Numbered from the stretch's first letter, positions 1 through 10,458 are shown. The stretch: DNA of 64,000 nt from Elusimicrobiota bacterium (GCA_016934855.1 JAFGSA010000024.1:44472-108471), one strand, 5' to 3'. Notes: generated by a model from the sequence alone, not told the origin. Translations and numbers: made by a program.

Positions 1-446
1 CATATTCTCAGGATCAGCCCGTACAGGAGCTGATAGAAGAACGTATAATTCCCGATGTAGTATGGGGCATGATTTATATCCTTGTATATGTTTTGGCCGC
101 GGGCCAGCAGGTTCGCTTCGTTGAGAAGGAATCCTTCGCTGTAGTCCGCGTGGAAAGGATAAGCAAGCACTCCAGCCACTCTTCTGTAAAGAAGATATAC
201 GCTGATCACGAACAACGCGTATATCACGGCTCTAAGGAGAGTGCTGACCCCATATAATGAGTTCCCTATCCTATCTGCCGTAACGGCCGTCTTCCAACCC
301 GGTATTCCGCCCAGCCAGGCAAAAAACAGGAATACGGCTGCCGCAATCGAAACGGCCCAGGCCGAGAATCCGCCGGACCCCGCTATCGCGAAAGCTATCA
401 TAAAAACCAGAAAAAGGTCCGGTTTACTTTCCTTTAAGTCTTTCAT
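1..446 (-). CDS. Partial (3' end outside window) membrane protein, probable GT-C fold glycosyltransferase (ArnT/PMT-like)
   Basis: Not in the ORF track; translated by hand. ATG at 446 overlaps the TGA of the upstream GT4. Reads MKDLKESKPDLFLVFMIAF..., hydrophobic helices, then YPFHADYSEGFLLNEANLLARGQNIYKDINHAPYYIGNY, resembling the first external loop of GT-C enzymes. Open to the window edge. Confidence 0.6.
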   Translation of the reverse strand, partial: MKDLKESKPDLFLVFMIAFAIAGSGGFSAWAVSIAAAVFLFFAWLGGIPGWKTAVTADRIGNSLYGVSTLLRAVIYALFVISVYLLYRRVAGVLAYPFHADYSEGFLLNEANLLARGQNIYKDINHAPYYIGNYTFFYQLLYGLILRI

Positions 447-1564
447 AAAATCTGCTTATATATTTCCAATGTCTTCACAGCCGTGTTTTCCCACGAGAAT
501 TCCTTAACCCTCTCGCAGCCCTTTTCTATCAGCTCCGTCCTGTAATCCGCATCATCTAGCACCCTGAAGATCAATCCGGCCAGTTCGGCTTCATCATCGG
601 GGTCAAATGTCGTTCCGGCATCCCCCAGTATTTCCGGGAAACACGTCGCACGGCTGGCTATGACAGGGACCCCGCACGCCATGGCCTCCAGAAGCGGCAT
701 ACCGAAACCTTCGTATTTTGAAGGGAAAACGAAAACATCCGCAGCGCCGTAAAATACCGGTAACGCTTCTTCCGGCACGTTTTCATAGTAGCTCACTTGC
801 CGGCCCAGGTTCAGCCTGTTTATCATCCTTTTTATTCCTGATGAAGGGGTTCCGATCCGCACCAGCCTGACCGGGCTTTTCTCTTTCGCTATCAGCGCCA
901 GGCCCCTGATCAACACACCTACATTTTTTTTCGGAAGTTCCGTGCCGGTATAGAGAATAATATGCTCTTCCGGATTAAGCCCCAGTTTTTCCCTGCATTC
1001 TTTTTTATCTGAATGCCCGAAGACAGGGCTCACTCCGTGATACACGACTTCTATCCTGGATCTTTCTACGCCCAGCATCTTGATCAACTTCTCCTTTGTA
1101 TACTCCGAGACTGCGATGATCATTTTTATTTTATTTATATTGTCTTTAAGCAGCTTCCTGTGAAGCGCGGAAAAACCCGCGAACATCGAGACGGATTCCC
1201 TGAACGTCTCCCCCTTCAATTCGAAGAGACCCATATCATGGACTGTCAATACCGAGTTCTTCTTATCCGCGACAGTCCTTATCAGGAACGGATTCGTGGC
1301 ATGATAAATATCATATCCGGGGGGGATATTCTTCGGATAATACAGCTGCCAGTTCAATGTCCTTTTAAGAACGGGTGCGCTTATCCCCGGAGGTATAGAT
1401 ATAACACCCTCATCGCGCACACTTCCGGGCGCTACGCCTGTCGTCAGCCCCAGCAGGTCCGTATCAGCGATCTTCCTCAGGTTCCTGTATAATTCGAAAG
1501 TGTATTTGCCTATCCCGCTCTTTTCCCGCTCTGCGTGGATCTCATCTATTATGGCGATCTTCAT
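443..1564 (-). CDS. Glycosyltransferase family 4 (mannosyltransferase-like)
   Basis: FVFPSKYEGFGMPLLEAMACGVPVI (EX7E motif), TVHD and AVSEYTK motifs. Confidence 0.92.
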   Translation of the reverse strand: MKIAIIDEIHAEREKSGIGKYTFELYRNLRKIADTDLLGLTTGVAPGSVRDEGVISIPPGISAPVLKRTLNWQLYYPKNIPPGYDIYHATNPFLIRTVADKKNSVLTVHDMGLFELKGETFRESVSMFAGFSALHRKLLKDNINKIKMIIAVSEYTKEKLIKMLGVERSRIEVVYHGVSPVFGHSDKKECREKLGLNPEEHIILYTGTELPKKNVGVLIRGLALIAKEKSPVRLVRIGTPSSGIKRMINRLNLGRQVSYYENVPEEALPVFYGAADVFVFPSKYEGFGMPLLEAMACGVPVIASRATCFPEILGDAGTTFDPDDEAELAGLIFRVLDDADYRTELIEKGCERVKEFSWENTAVKTLEIYKQIL

Positions 1565-1589
1565 ATACGCGAATCCGTGCAGGTATTCA

Positions 1590-3155
1590 TCATCCTGCTT
1601 TAAAAAACTTCTTTCTTAATGTGGAAAGCAAATATCCCGATTCCTCTATTTTCAGCATTTTCGAAGACAGCAAGTACACACACACTGCGGCGGCAAAAGA
1701 AACGGCCAGGGCCGGAAGCTGATACGGGATTTCGTTCAAATCGGATATGGCCCCCGACAGTTTATAGAGGGCACCCGCAACAAAAACCGATACCGCAGTA
1801 GCGCATACGATTTTCAAGAATGTCCTGGATATATCGGATACATCGAGCACCCTGGACCTGTATACCAGGGACAGGAACAGGATGGCAAGCAATGATGTCT
1901 CCGATATGGACTGAGCCAGGGCAAGTCCGCTGTGCATAAGAAGGTTTTTGAGTATGTACCCGGCCGGTATCATTATCAGAAGTCCTGCAACCGTAGCTTT
2001 AAGAGGGGTGAGCATATCCTTGAGTGCGTAAAAAACCCTTATCACGACGTAGTTCAGGCTCACCGCCAGGGCTCCTGGAAGATAAAAAAGCAGTGCGGAA
2101 GCCGTCAGTGCCGTAGAAATGCCTGTGAAATTGCCTCTCTCGAAAATAATCCTTATTATGGGCACCCTGAATACCGCCATCCCGGCGCAAAGAGGAAACG
2201 TGATAAAAAAAATAATCTTGACCGCGCGTGCTACAGAAGCCCTGAATTTTTCCATATCGTTCTGCGCGGCATGCCACGTGATAAACGGGAAAATGGCGGT
2301 CGCCAGGGTAACTCCGAATATCACTATCGGCAGGTGTTTCAGCCTGTATGCGAAATGGAGAGCCGCTATCCTCCCTTCCGGCAGGGTCGAGGCAAACATT
2401 TTCAGTACGATACCGACCGCATTGCTGAATATCAGCGCCAGAAGCAGGGGCATCCACATACCCGCGATATCCTTGAGCCCCGGATGATCCGTTCTTATGG
2501 TAACCCTGTACCTGAACCTTCTTTTTATCATGGCCAGCGCAAGCATTATGAACTGTATAACGCTGCCTGCGACAAACCCTATGGCCAGGCTCTCAATTTT
2601 GAATGAAGCGGATAAGAACAACGCGGAGATTATTATCGAAAGGTTAAGCACGGCCTGTTTCATAGAAGGCAGAAAGAATTTTTTGACCGAATTTAACACA
2701 CCGCCCAGATACGACGCGAGCCCCATGAACAGTATCGCCGGCAGTATCGTATACGACAGCCTCACCGCGAGCTTTCTCGTTTCTTCGGAAAAACCCGGAG
2801 CGACAAAACGGACTATACCATAAGCGTTGATGACGGACAACCCGGTAATAAGCAGGAGCGCGATAAAAAGCATATTGAATATCGACGAGAACAGCCTGCC
2901 TGCTTCTTCATAGTCTTCTTTCGCGAGATATCCCGAGAAAACAGGGATGAACGCCGAGGTAAGAGCCCCGCCTGCCAGGATATCTATAAAGAATTCAGGG
3001 GCCGTCAGCGCTATAAGAAAAGCATCCGTCTGCACCGAGGTCCCGAATTTCAGCGCTATTACTATATCCCGAACGAAACCGAGCGCTTTGCTCAATATAG
3101 CGGCGCCTGCGACTATCATCGCGGCCCTTGATATACTGCTTTCTTTAACTGTCAT
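1590..3155 (-). CDS. murJ: MurJ/MviN-family lipid-linked oligosaccharide flippase
   Basis: LSKALGFVRDIVIALKFG, DAFLIA, GGALTSAFIPVF and IFERGNF motifs; polytopic, 521 aa. Confidence 0.88.
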   Translation of the reverse strand: MTVKESSISRAAMIVAGAAILSKALGFVRDIVIALKFGTSVQTDAFLIALTAPEFFIDILAGGALTSAFIPVFSGYLAKEDYEEAGRLFSSIFNMLFIALLLITGLSVINAYGIVRFVAPGFSEETRKLAVRLSYTILPAILFMGLASYLGGVLNSVKKFFLPSMKQAVLNLSIIISALFLSASFKIESLAIGFVAGSVIQFIMLALAMIKRRFRYRVTIRTDHPGLKDIAGMWMPLLLALIFSNAVGIVLKMFASTLPEGRIAALHFAYRLKHLPIVIFGVTLATAIFPFITWHAAQNDMEKFRASVARAVKIIFFITFPLCAGMAVFRVPIIRIIFERGNFTGISTALTASALLFYLPGALAVSLNYVVIRVFYALKDMLTPLKATVAGLLIMIPAGYILKNLLMHSGLALAQSISETSLLAILFLSLVYRSRVLDVSDISRTFLKIVCATAVSVFVAGALYKLSGAISDLNEIPYQLPALAVSFAAAVCVYLLSSKMLKIEESGYLLSTLRKKFFKAG

Positions 3156-3201
3156 TTTCTACCGGGTACTCGATGAAATGATACAACCGCTCGGGAGACA
3201 C

Positions 3202-4488
3202 CTACCTGGGGATATCATCTCCGCCTGCGGCTTCTTTTATCCTTATCAGGGCCGAATTCAGCCCCAAGACCGTCCAGAACATCATACCGAACTTGATCCC
3301 GAACAGATAACTTGTAAAAAGACTCTGAATGGCAAACCAGACCCACAGCATACAGAAAGCTGCACCGAGACTTTTCAGGAACCTGTCTCTGCTGAGATAC
3401 ACCCTGTATGAACCCATAAAAGCCATCAGTATCACCGCCATGAAGGCCGCAAGCCCCGGAATACCGAATTCCGCGGATGTCTGAAGGTAATTGCTGTGTG
3501 CCGGTCCCTCGTACATCTCCCTGTCAAGGAAAAGGTCGTAATTGCCCGGGCCGGTGCCCAGAAAAGGCTTTTTCCTTATCACATCCATCGCTCCGGACCA
3601 CAGTTCGCATCTCCATACCACTGAATTTTCCGTCTTGTCGAACCTGTTTACAGCTTTCGTCCTCACAGGTTTCAGGATGACCCCGGACAGGAATATGATT
3701 AAAAAAGCAACCAGTGCTATCCATAAATATTTCCAGCCCCTTTTCCTTATGATCAGCATGAGTCCGAATATCAGCACCCCGGACATTCCCAGCAATCCTC
3801 CCCTGCTGAAAGTCAGGATATTTACCGCGGCAAGAAGAAACACAAACGGAAGAATAACGGCATTAAGCGGTTTTTTCCCGGAAGAAAGCAGCAAGCCTGC
3901 CAGCAGGGGAAGAACGAGTCCGATGTACTGCGAAAAATTATTTGCGCTCATAAATGAACCGAATGCCCTGATGTTAACATCCGGCCTGTACCAGTTGAAC
4001 CCGTGCTCCTTTATCTTATGAGCGAGCGTCGAGGGCTCCATTATCATGGAGAAGAGCCCCTTGTGCCTGCTTATTATATTGAACATCTCCTCGCTGGAAT
4101 AGGTGTACTGCCATATAGCCATAGCTGAGAGTATGGCCGCGGGGATCAGCATGACCAGCAATGCGTTTCTTAATTTCTCCTTTGTATCCACAATCATCAT
4201 GACCGGGAAATACACCAGGATGAAAATACTCCATTTTATCATATGTATAGCCGCGGTCCTGATATCATCGGAACATACCGATGAGACGAGCATGATGAGA
4301 ATCAGCACGGCGACTGATCCGGCTATGGTATCCGCTGTTATCGCGGTCCGGATTTTTTTATGTCCCGACGCGGCCAGCAATATAAGAACGACAGCGATAA
4401 GCTGGGCAAGCGAGCCGGTATAATCCCCGTAGATGTCGAAAAAAAACTGGAAGGGGATGATTATTATCAATAAAAGCAGTAATTTCAT
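3202..4488 (-). CDS. O-antigen ligase (WaaL/Wzy_C) family protein
   Basis: Polytopic; RAFGSF..AN, TFSRGG, R..LW and PFLGTGPGNY...AHSNYLQTSAEFGIPG (Wzy_C His motif). Confidence 0.88.
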   Translation of the reverse strand: MKLLLLLIIIIPFQFFFDIYGDYTGSLAQLIAVVLILLAASGHKKIRTAITADTIAGSVAVLILIMLVSSVCSDDIRTAAIHMIKWSIFILVYFPVMMIVDTKEKLRNALLVMLIPAAILSAMAIWQYTYSSEEMFNIISRHKGLFSMIMEPSTLAHKIKEHGFNWYRPDVNIRAFGSFMSANNFSQYIGLVLPLLAGLLLSSGKKPLNAVILPFVFLLAAVNILTFSRGGLLGMSGVLIFGLMLIIRKRGWKYLWIALVAFLIIFLSGVILKPVRTKAVNRFDKTENSVVWRCELWSGAMDVIRKKPFLGTGPGNYDLFLDREMYEGPAHSNYLQTSAEFGIPGLAAFMAVILMAFMGSYRVYLSRDRFLKSLGAAFCMLWVWFAIQSLFTSYLFGIKFGMMFWTVLGLNSALIRIKEAAGGDDIPR

Positions 4489-5966
4489 TTTTTCACCTTA
4501 AACACGTCATCAAGGTATATATCGCGACGGTACTTTTTGTATTTATGAGTCATCCCGTTTACCAGCTCCACCCACAACCTGTGGGGGCCCGGTGTGAAAT
4601 CCATGGCTATTTTATAGTGCTGCTTATGATCCGAAGATACATATATTTTCCTTATCTCTTCCTCGTCAACGCCCACCTTTATTATAGGCCAGACATCGAA
4701 TCTCCTTATTCCTTTAACCCTGAAGAATATCACTTCGCGGCCGGCCGCAGTGATATCTGCATACCACCTGTTATCCGATACGATCTTCCAGGTATTTTTA
4801 CCCTTTCCCCAGTCTTCCACTTCCGATACCCAGCCCCTCCTGTCTGCGACCAGTATAAGATCGTCATCCGCCCTGTGTTTCTTAAATTCCCTTCTTTCAT
4901 CTTCAGGACCTATTTTTTTCTTCTCCCTGCAGTTCTTATAAACTCTTCTTAAATATTTGGACCGGCTGCTGTAATCTTCCAGCATCTGTCGCGCTTTCCT
5001 GTAATAACCGATCCTGTACCAGAACAGGGCTTCTTCAATAATATCCTCGTCGCTTTCGGGTTTTGCAGTCTTCATCTGCGCTATGGCCTCCGAAAAAAGA
5101 AACTTATTTTCCAGGAATCTTATAATTTCCAGGTTCTGCCTGATTCCCAATCCCTTTACTGGCAGTATACCCGCGCCGGGTATATCACCTAGCGTTCCCG
5201 ACTCCATGCATGCTTCAGCGTATACTCTTTTCATATTCTGGCCGGCGGATCCGTATGACATGTAGTCTGTTATCAGCTCTTTGGCTTCCGCATACCTGCC
5301 TTCGGAAAAGAGCAGCTGCGCCAGGTCACCGCACGCAGCAGGATTGCGCTTACTGATACTGAGTGCAATGCTGTAAAGTGTTTTTGCTTTATCCGATCTG
5401 CCCTCTTTTACCTTTTTTTCAGCTATTGCGCTAATCCCCCTTGAAACTGCCCATCCGCCCGCCGCGAGCACGATGACTGCGGAGATTATATATAATGCGT
5501 CCTTTCTTGTTTTTTCCGAATCTCCTTTCATGAGATTCAGGAATACATAGCCCGAACACCACACAAGTATAACAGACCATAGATGCGGCTGCGCGGCTTC
5601 TCCGAAGACCTTTATGAATACTGCGTACCCGGAAAACACCAGGCCCGACGACAGCCACGCCAGCGAGACTGGATCCTTTAGCCTCTCCGGCTTGAGTAAT
5701 ACCGGGAGATTCAGCAGGAATAATACAGCTACTGCTGCCGAGATCATATATGAAGCTATGCGCTCTCCGTATCCGATACTGACTATATACAGCATTACTG
5801 CCGCAAATATATACCCGGCCACATAGCCGCGGCTCCTGACAAGAACCAGAAGGACAAGAGCGATGCCGATAAAAGCATAGTCTCCGAGGGACATATACGG
5901 GATGAGCAGCAGAGGCAGAAGCAGGATGAATCTGCAGAGCCACCTGTTTAGAGTTTTTATGAGCAT
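4485..5966 (-). CDS. Membrane protein with TPR-like repeats and a C-terminal putative carbohydrate-binding beta-sandwich
   Basis: N-terminal TM helices; TPR-like ACGDLAQLLFSEGRYAEAKELI and ALFWYRIGYYRKARQML; C-terminal WPIIKVGVD...PGPHRLWVELVNG...RDIYLDDV. Confidence 0.55.
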   Translation of the reverse strand: MLIKTLNRWLCRFILLLPLLLIPYMSLGDYAFIGIALVLLVLVRSRGYVAGYIFAAVMLYIVSIGYGERIASYMISAAVAVLFLLNLPVLLKPERLKDPVSLAWLSSGLVFSGYAVFIKVFGEAAQPHLWSVILVWCSGYVFLNLMKGDSEKTRKDALYIISAVIVLAAGGWAVSRGISAIAEKKVKEGRSDKAKTLYSIALSISKRNPAACGDLAQLLFSEGRYAEAKELITDYMSYGSAGQNMKRVYAEACMESGTLGDIPGAGILPVKGLGIRQNLEIIRFLENKFLFSEAIAQMKTAKPESDEDIIEEALFWYRIGYYRKARQMLEDYSSRSKYLRRVYKNCREKKKIGPEDERREFKKHRADDDLILVADRRGWVSEVEDWGKGKNTWKIVSDNRWYADITAAGREVIFFRVKGIRRFDVWPIIKVGVDEEEIRKIYVSSDHKQHYKIAMDFTPGPHRLWVELVNGMTHKYKKYRRDIYLDDVFKVKK

Positions 5967-7352
5967 CTACGTCCTCTCATAATCATCCTCGACCCTGACT
6001 ATATCATCTTCTTCTATCTTCTCTCCTGTAGCAAGTTCAAGTATCATCACGCTGTCACTTCCCCTGTTTTCCGCCCGGTGGAGTTTTCCCGCCGGTATCC
6101 TGAGTGTTTCTCCGGGTTTTGGCTCTATTGAATCTTTATCCAGCGTTATAACGGCATCTCCCCTCATAAGGGTCCATGACTCATCCCTGTGTCGGTGCTT
6201 CTGCAGGCTCAGCCGCTGCCCCGGATATATTTCGAGTATCTTCACCTTGAATCCCTTGCCCTCGTCCAGCACCCTGTAATTGCCCCACGGCCGGTAATCC
6301 GTCATATGACGCATTGCCACTTCCCTTCCGCCTATCATATCCACGATGTCCTTTACTTTCTGTCCGGAACCCCTTTTCATCACAAGTATGGCATCTTTCG
6401 TATCGACCACGATGATGTCTTCCACGCCTATTGCGGATACGAACTTCCCCGGTTCCGTGCAGATATAAGTATTGGACGTGTCTATCATCTCTCCCTCGCT
6501 GTTAGTGCTGTTGCCGTCCCTGTCTTTTCTTACGACGGCATGCACAGCCTCCCATGATCCCAGGTCATCCCATCCTCCCCTGTACGGCACGACCGCGGCT
6601 CTGGCCGTCTTTTCCATCACGGCATAGTCTATGGAAATAGCCGGCATCTTTTTATACAGAGATGGCACATCGGCGTCTTTATTTTTCATTTTTCCGAACA
6701 TCTCATAGATAACAGGGTTTAGCCTTTTCATCTCCGCCTTCATAACCGACGACTTGAAAATAAATATACCCGCGTTCCAATAGTATTGCCTGGATTCTAC
6801 ATATTCCCTTGCCGTCTGGAAGTCGGGTTTTTCCTTGAACCTGTCTATTCTCCACGCGTCTTCACCTATTCCGGCCGCTCTTTTTATATATCCGTACCCC
6901 GTGGAAGGATACTGTGGCTCTATACCTATTGAAACTATATAGTCCTGTTCAGCTGTCCTGATCGCCTTTTCGACCGCACGCCTGAATTCTTCCTCCGGGC
7001 GTATGATGTGATCGGCGGGAAGGACTATTACCATAGTATCATCTTCGAAATCCTTTATACCCATCATTATAGCCGGTGCCGTATTTTTTGCTTCCGGCTC
7101 CGTAACTATACCGGCCCTGCCGAACCCGCTGTTTACCCGCCTGATATCCTGCTCGATGAGATGGGCATTCTCTTTAAGCGTGACGATGTATATGTTTTCA
7201 TCGGAGGTTATCTTCCTCGCCCTTTCGTAAGCGCTCTGGAGCAGACTCGAACCAGAATCGAATTTCAGCATGAACTTCGGCCATTTTTCGCGGCTCATGG
7301 GCCACAGCCTTTTACCCGACCCACCAGCCAGGATCAGCACCCTAATGTTCAC
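5967..7352 (-). CDS. manC: Mannose-1-phosphate guanylyltransferase / mannose-6-phosphate isomerase
   Basis: ILAGGSGKRLWPMSR, NTAPA, GYGYI, FKEKPD, WDDLGSW and C-terminal cupin RPWG...LSLQKHRHRDE. Confidence 0.95.
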   Translation of the reverse strand: MNIRVLILAGGSGKRLWPMSREKWPKFMLKFDSGSSLLQSAYERARKITSDENIYIVTLKENAHLIEQDIRRVNSGFGRAGIVTEPEAKNTAPAIMMGIKDFEDDTMVIVLPADHIIRPEEEFRRAVEKAIRTAEQDYIVSIGIEPQYPSTGYGYIKRAAGIGEDAWRIDRFKEKPDFQTAREYVESRQYYWNAGIFIFKSSVMKAEMKRLNPVIYEMFGKMKNKDADVPSLYKKMPAISIDYAVMEKTARAAVVPYRGGWDDLGSWEAVHAVVRKDRDGNSTNSEGEMIDTSNTYICTEPGKFVSAIGVEDIIVVDTKDAILVMKRGSGQKVKDIVDMIGGREVAMRHMTDYRPWGNYRVLDEGKGFKVKILEIYPGQRLSLQKHRHRDESWTLMRGDAVITLDKDSIEPKPGETLRIPAGKLHRAENRGSDSVMILELATGEKIEEDDIVRVEDDYERT

Positions 7353-9742
7353 GACAGCTCTCCGTACGCGCCCAGGAGGATGTTCTTCTGCTTATCGAAG
7401 GATATCTTTTCATATTTTTCTTTTGCCTTTCTTATTTTTTTAAGGAATATTTCCGGATTACAGCTAAACTCGATTATTTTATCGGCAAGTTCTTTTGCGG
7501 AACCCGGACTGAAAAAAGTCACTTCTTCTTCGGAAAAGAACTCCACCGTCCCTTCGGTCCTGCTTATTATCACGGGTTTTTCCATGATTACATATTCCAG
7601 GAGTTTTGTGGGCAACACCGTATCCATGAAACTGTCTTTTTTATTGGGCACTATGCACAGGTCGGCTTTCGATATGATATCGGGCATATAGTCTATCAGG
7701 TAAAAACCTTTTAAGAATACCTTTTCCCCAAGCCCGTATTTATTTATCATCTTCTTGAACATGGTTTCGGCATCGCCGCTCCCGTATATATCAAGCCTGA
7801 AGCCTATCCCCTTTCCATCCAGTATCTTAGTAGCTTCTATGAGCGTATCTACACCGTAACGGCTCACGAGCGTACCATGATACAGCAGCTTCAGGTATCC
7901 GTCTTTCACGCGATCCGCGTTCCCCCTGATATAGAAATACCTCTCATCCGCGGAATTGAGTATCACGTCGATCTTGTTTTCCGGATATCCCTTCTCAACA
8001 AGCATTTTTTTATAGATGTTAACCGCGACTATTATCCTGTCTGCGAAATGTATCGATATCTTTTCTCCGAGATTAACCAGGTTCTTGATCATCTTGTTGC
8101 TCTTCGCCTTGAATCTCGATATAAAAAGGATCGGGACCCGGTCATGGATATCAAATATTATCCTGGCGCCCAGGAGTTTCGGTATCAATCCTACGAACAC
8201 AAGGAGATCGGGCGGATTATGAACATGTATTATGTCATACTTCTTCTTCATGAACAGCTGGAGGAGTTTAATGGTGCATAAGACGAAAAAGCTGAAATAT
8301 TCCGCTATATATATGTATAGCGGATGCCCCCTGTGGCGCCTGACAGGCAGACGGTGTATAATGATATCGTTCCACACATCTATGCTTTTTTCATTCTTCT
8401 GCTTCAGGCATATGACATCCACATTATACCCGTTATCAAGAAGCGCCTCGGCCTCTCTTCTCACACGGAAGTCCTTGGGGTAATACTCGTGGACTACCAT
8501 ACAGACTCTCTTTCTGGCGGTATCACGGCTATAGACATATCCCCCGAGCACTTCGTCATAGACTCTGTAAAGATTGTATTTTTCGTTATCCCAGGATAAT
8601 TCGTTCTTTATCCTCTCGTACCCGTACTTTCCCATACTTTCTCTTCTGGAAGGATTGTCTATGAGACTTAGGATGTTCTCGGCCAGGTTAACAGAATCGT
8701 TAGGCTCCGCGTACAGAGATGCGGCCTGTGCAGTAGCCCTCCCTTCCTTGAGATTGAACTGGACTATCGGTTTGCCGACAGCCATGTATTCCATTATTTT
8801 ATTCATGGTGGACTTATCGTTCATCTCGTTGTATTCATCGGGATTAACGCAGAGATCCGAAGTGTTCAATATCTTTATCAGCTCACGGTCCGGTATCCTT
8901 CCCGTGAATGTTATGTATTCCGATATTTTCTTCATCTTAGCATAGCGCACTACATTATCGAAATCCGGGCCGCTCCCTACGCAGACAAATTGTATGTCTT
9001 TGCGATTCCTAGCATAAACTATGTGCTCGATTGCTTCTATAAGGTAGTTCAGCCCCTCCTGCTTGCCGATAACCCCGACATAACCGACCAGGTAATCCCT
9101 CCCGTTCCTGTATCTTTTGTCAGGAGGGACATTCTGGAGCCTTTTGAGGTCCGGCCCGCTTCTGACGACAAAAACTTTTCCCGGGTCCATCCTGCCGCGG
9201 TTTATGGCTATTGATTTATATGATTCGTTGGTTGCTATGGAATAGTCGGCAAATCTGAAAGTCAGTTTTTCCAGCATTATCATCAGCTTGAAAATCAGGT
9301 CCTTCTTTTTATATTTTGCCAGGAATAATTCGGGATTGATATCATGATGATCGAATATAAATTTCGTTCCGAACAGTTTAAATGGCAGAGCGATAAGGAA
9401 TATGAGATCCGGCGGATTGCAGGCATGTATTATATCTATTCCGCATTTGAAAAATATCCACCACGCGATGAAAAATTCTCCGATAAGCGCAGAGATATAC
9501 TCAAGCGGGTACTCCCACCTGGTTACCGCTTCTTTTATGAGCCTGTGTCTGTATATCTCTATCCCGTCGATGGTCTCTCTTTTCCTGCTGTACTCGCCGG
9601 AAGTAGGGCAGATGATGAATACTTCTGCTCCTCGTTCTTTAAGAGCCAGCGCTTCCTGCCAGACCCTGCGGTCAAAAGGCACAGGCAGGTTTTCTACGAT
9701 AATGAGGATCTTCTTTTGCTTATATATATTCGCCGTGTTCAT
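7349..9742 (-). CDS. Tandem two-domain GT4 glycosyltransferase fusion
   Basis: 797 aa with two GT-B units: VENLPVPFDRRVWQEA/HACNPPD/KIMEYMAVGKP and HEYYPKDFRVRREA/HVHNPPD/KLLEYVIMEKP. Confidence 0.9.
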   Translation of the reverse strand: MNTANIYKQKKILIIVENLPVPFDRRVWQEALALKERGAEVFIICPTSGEYSRKRETIDGIEIYRHRLIKEAVTRWEYPLEYISALIGEFFIAWWIFFKCGIDIIHACNPPDLIFLIALPFKLFGTKFIFDHHDINPELFLAKYKKKDLIFKLMIMLEKLTFRFADYSIATNESYKSIAINRGRMDPGKVFVVRSGPDLKRLQNVPPDKRYRNGRDYLVGYVGVIGKQEGLNYLIEAIEHIVYARNRKDIQFVCVGSGPDFDNVVRYAKMKKISEYITFTGRIPDRELIKILNTSDLCVNPDEYNEMNDKSTMNKIMEYMAVGKPIVQFNLKEGRATAQAASLYAEPNDSVNLAENILSLIDNPSRRESMGKYGYERIKNELSWDNEKYNLYRVYDEVLGGYVYSRDTARKRVCMVVHEYYPKDFRVRREAEALLDNGYNVDVICLKQKNEKSIDVWNDIIIHRLPVRRHRGHPLYIYIAEYFSFFVLCTIKLLQLFMKKKYDIIHVHNPPDLLVFVGLIPKLLGARIIFDIHDRVPILFISRFKAKSNKMIKNLVNLGEKISIHFADRIIVAVNIYKKMLVEKGYPENKIDVILNSADERYFYIRGNADRVKDGYLKLLYHGTLVSRYGVDTLIEATKILDGKGIGFRLDIYGSGDAETMFKKMINKYGLGEKVFLKGFYLIDYMPDIISKADLCIVPNKKDSFMDTVLPTKLLEYVIMEKPVIISRTEGTVEFFSEEEVTFFSPGSAKELADKIIEFSCNPEIFLKKIRKAKEKYEKISFDKQKNILLGAYGELS

Positions 9743-10458
9743 ATCTTTATGGCTATCAGGGATTTAACCAGGAATAAAAATCTCTCTTTTACTATCATTG
9801 AACCCGGGAAAAGATATTTCAGGTTATTCATGCCCAGCAGATTACACGTAGGGATAAATCGGCTTATTCTCACCCGTTTCAGGATTCCGTATTTCCTGAT
9901 CATTTTCAGAATCTGCATTAATACCGGACGAGGCATGTAATTTACGAGAGGGAGCCTCATATGGGGTTCGAATGGAAAATATTTATTCGGCGTCTGCACG
10001 AAATATTTCTTACCGACCCTGCTTATTTCCTTCGCAAATAATTCCTGCTTCTTCAGCGCTTTTTCACTGAACGTCCTGCCGCTATGAATCTGCCATGCCA
10101 TATTTTCGTCTATACTCACGTGTTCTATTACCGAACTGCAAAATACTATATCAAAAGATTTATCGGGAAAAGGCAGCTTCTCTCCGCCGTCTATTAGCAC
10201 CGTTTTAAATCCATATTTCTTCTCCGCCTGGTCCAGGGCACTTCTAGAAATATCTGCTACCGTCACGTCGTTTTTCTGCCCGAGCACGTCCGCTATATGA
10301 GCCCCGTTATTGCCGCCCAGGTCCAGAATACGGTCATTCTTATCGGGGGATATATACCGGTCGAAAATATTTTTCCTGTGCTTTCTTGAATTCTTCTGGA
10401 CAGACAGGAAAAGCCGCAGCGTGATATTCTTTATCCTATCACCAGCACAAACCTTCAT
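9739..10458 (-). CDS. Class I SAM-dependent methyltransferase
   Basis: ILDLGG motif I, LPFPDKSFDIVFCSSVIEHV, VQTPN..FPFEPH. Confidence 0.88.
   Translation of the reverse strand: MKVCAGDRIKNITLRLFLSVQKNSRKHRKNIFDRYISPDKNDRILDLGGNNGAHIADVLGQKNDVTVADISRSALDQAEKKYGFKTVLIDGGEKLPFPDKSFDIVFCSSVIEHVSIDENMAWQIHSGRTFSEKALKKQELFAKEISRVGKKYFVQTPNKYFPFEPHMRLPLVNYMPRPVLMQILKMIRKYGILKRVRISRFIPTCNLLGMNNLKYLFPGSMIVKERFLFLVKSLIAIKI

Noticed and set aside
1319-1325. G7 tract (and several T8 runs elsewhere) as phase-variation sites
   Set aside because: Short and inside intact reading frames; the T runs mostly reflect Lys codons on the coding strand.
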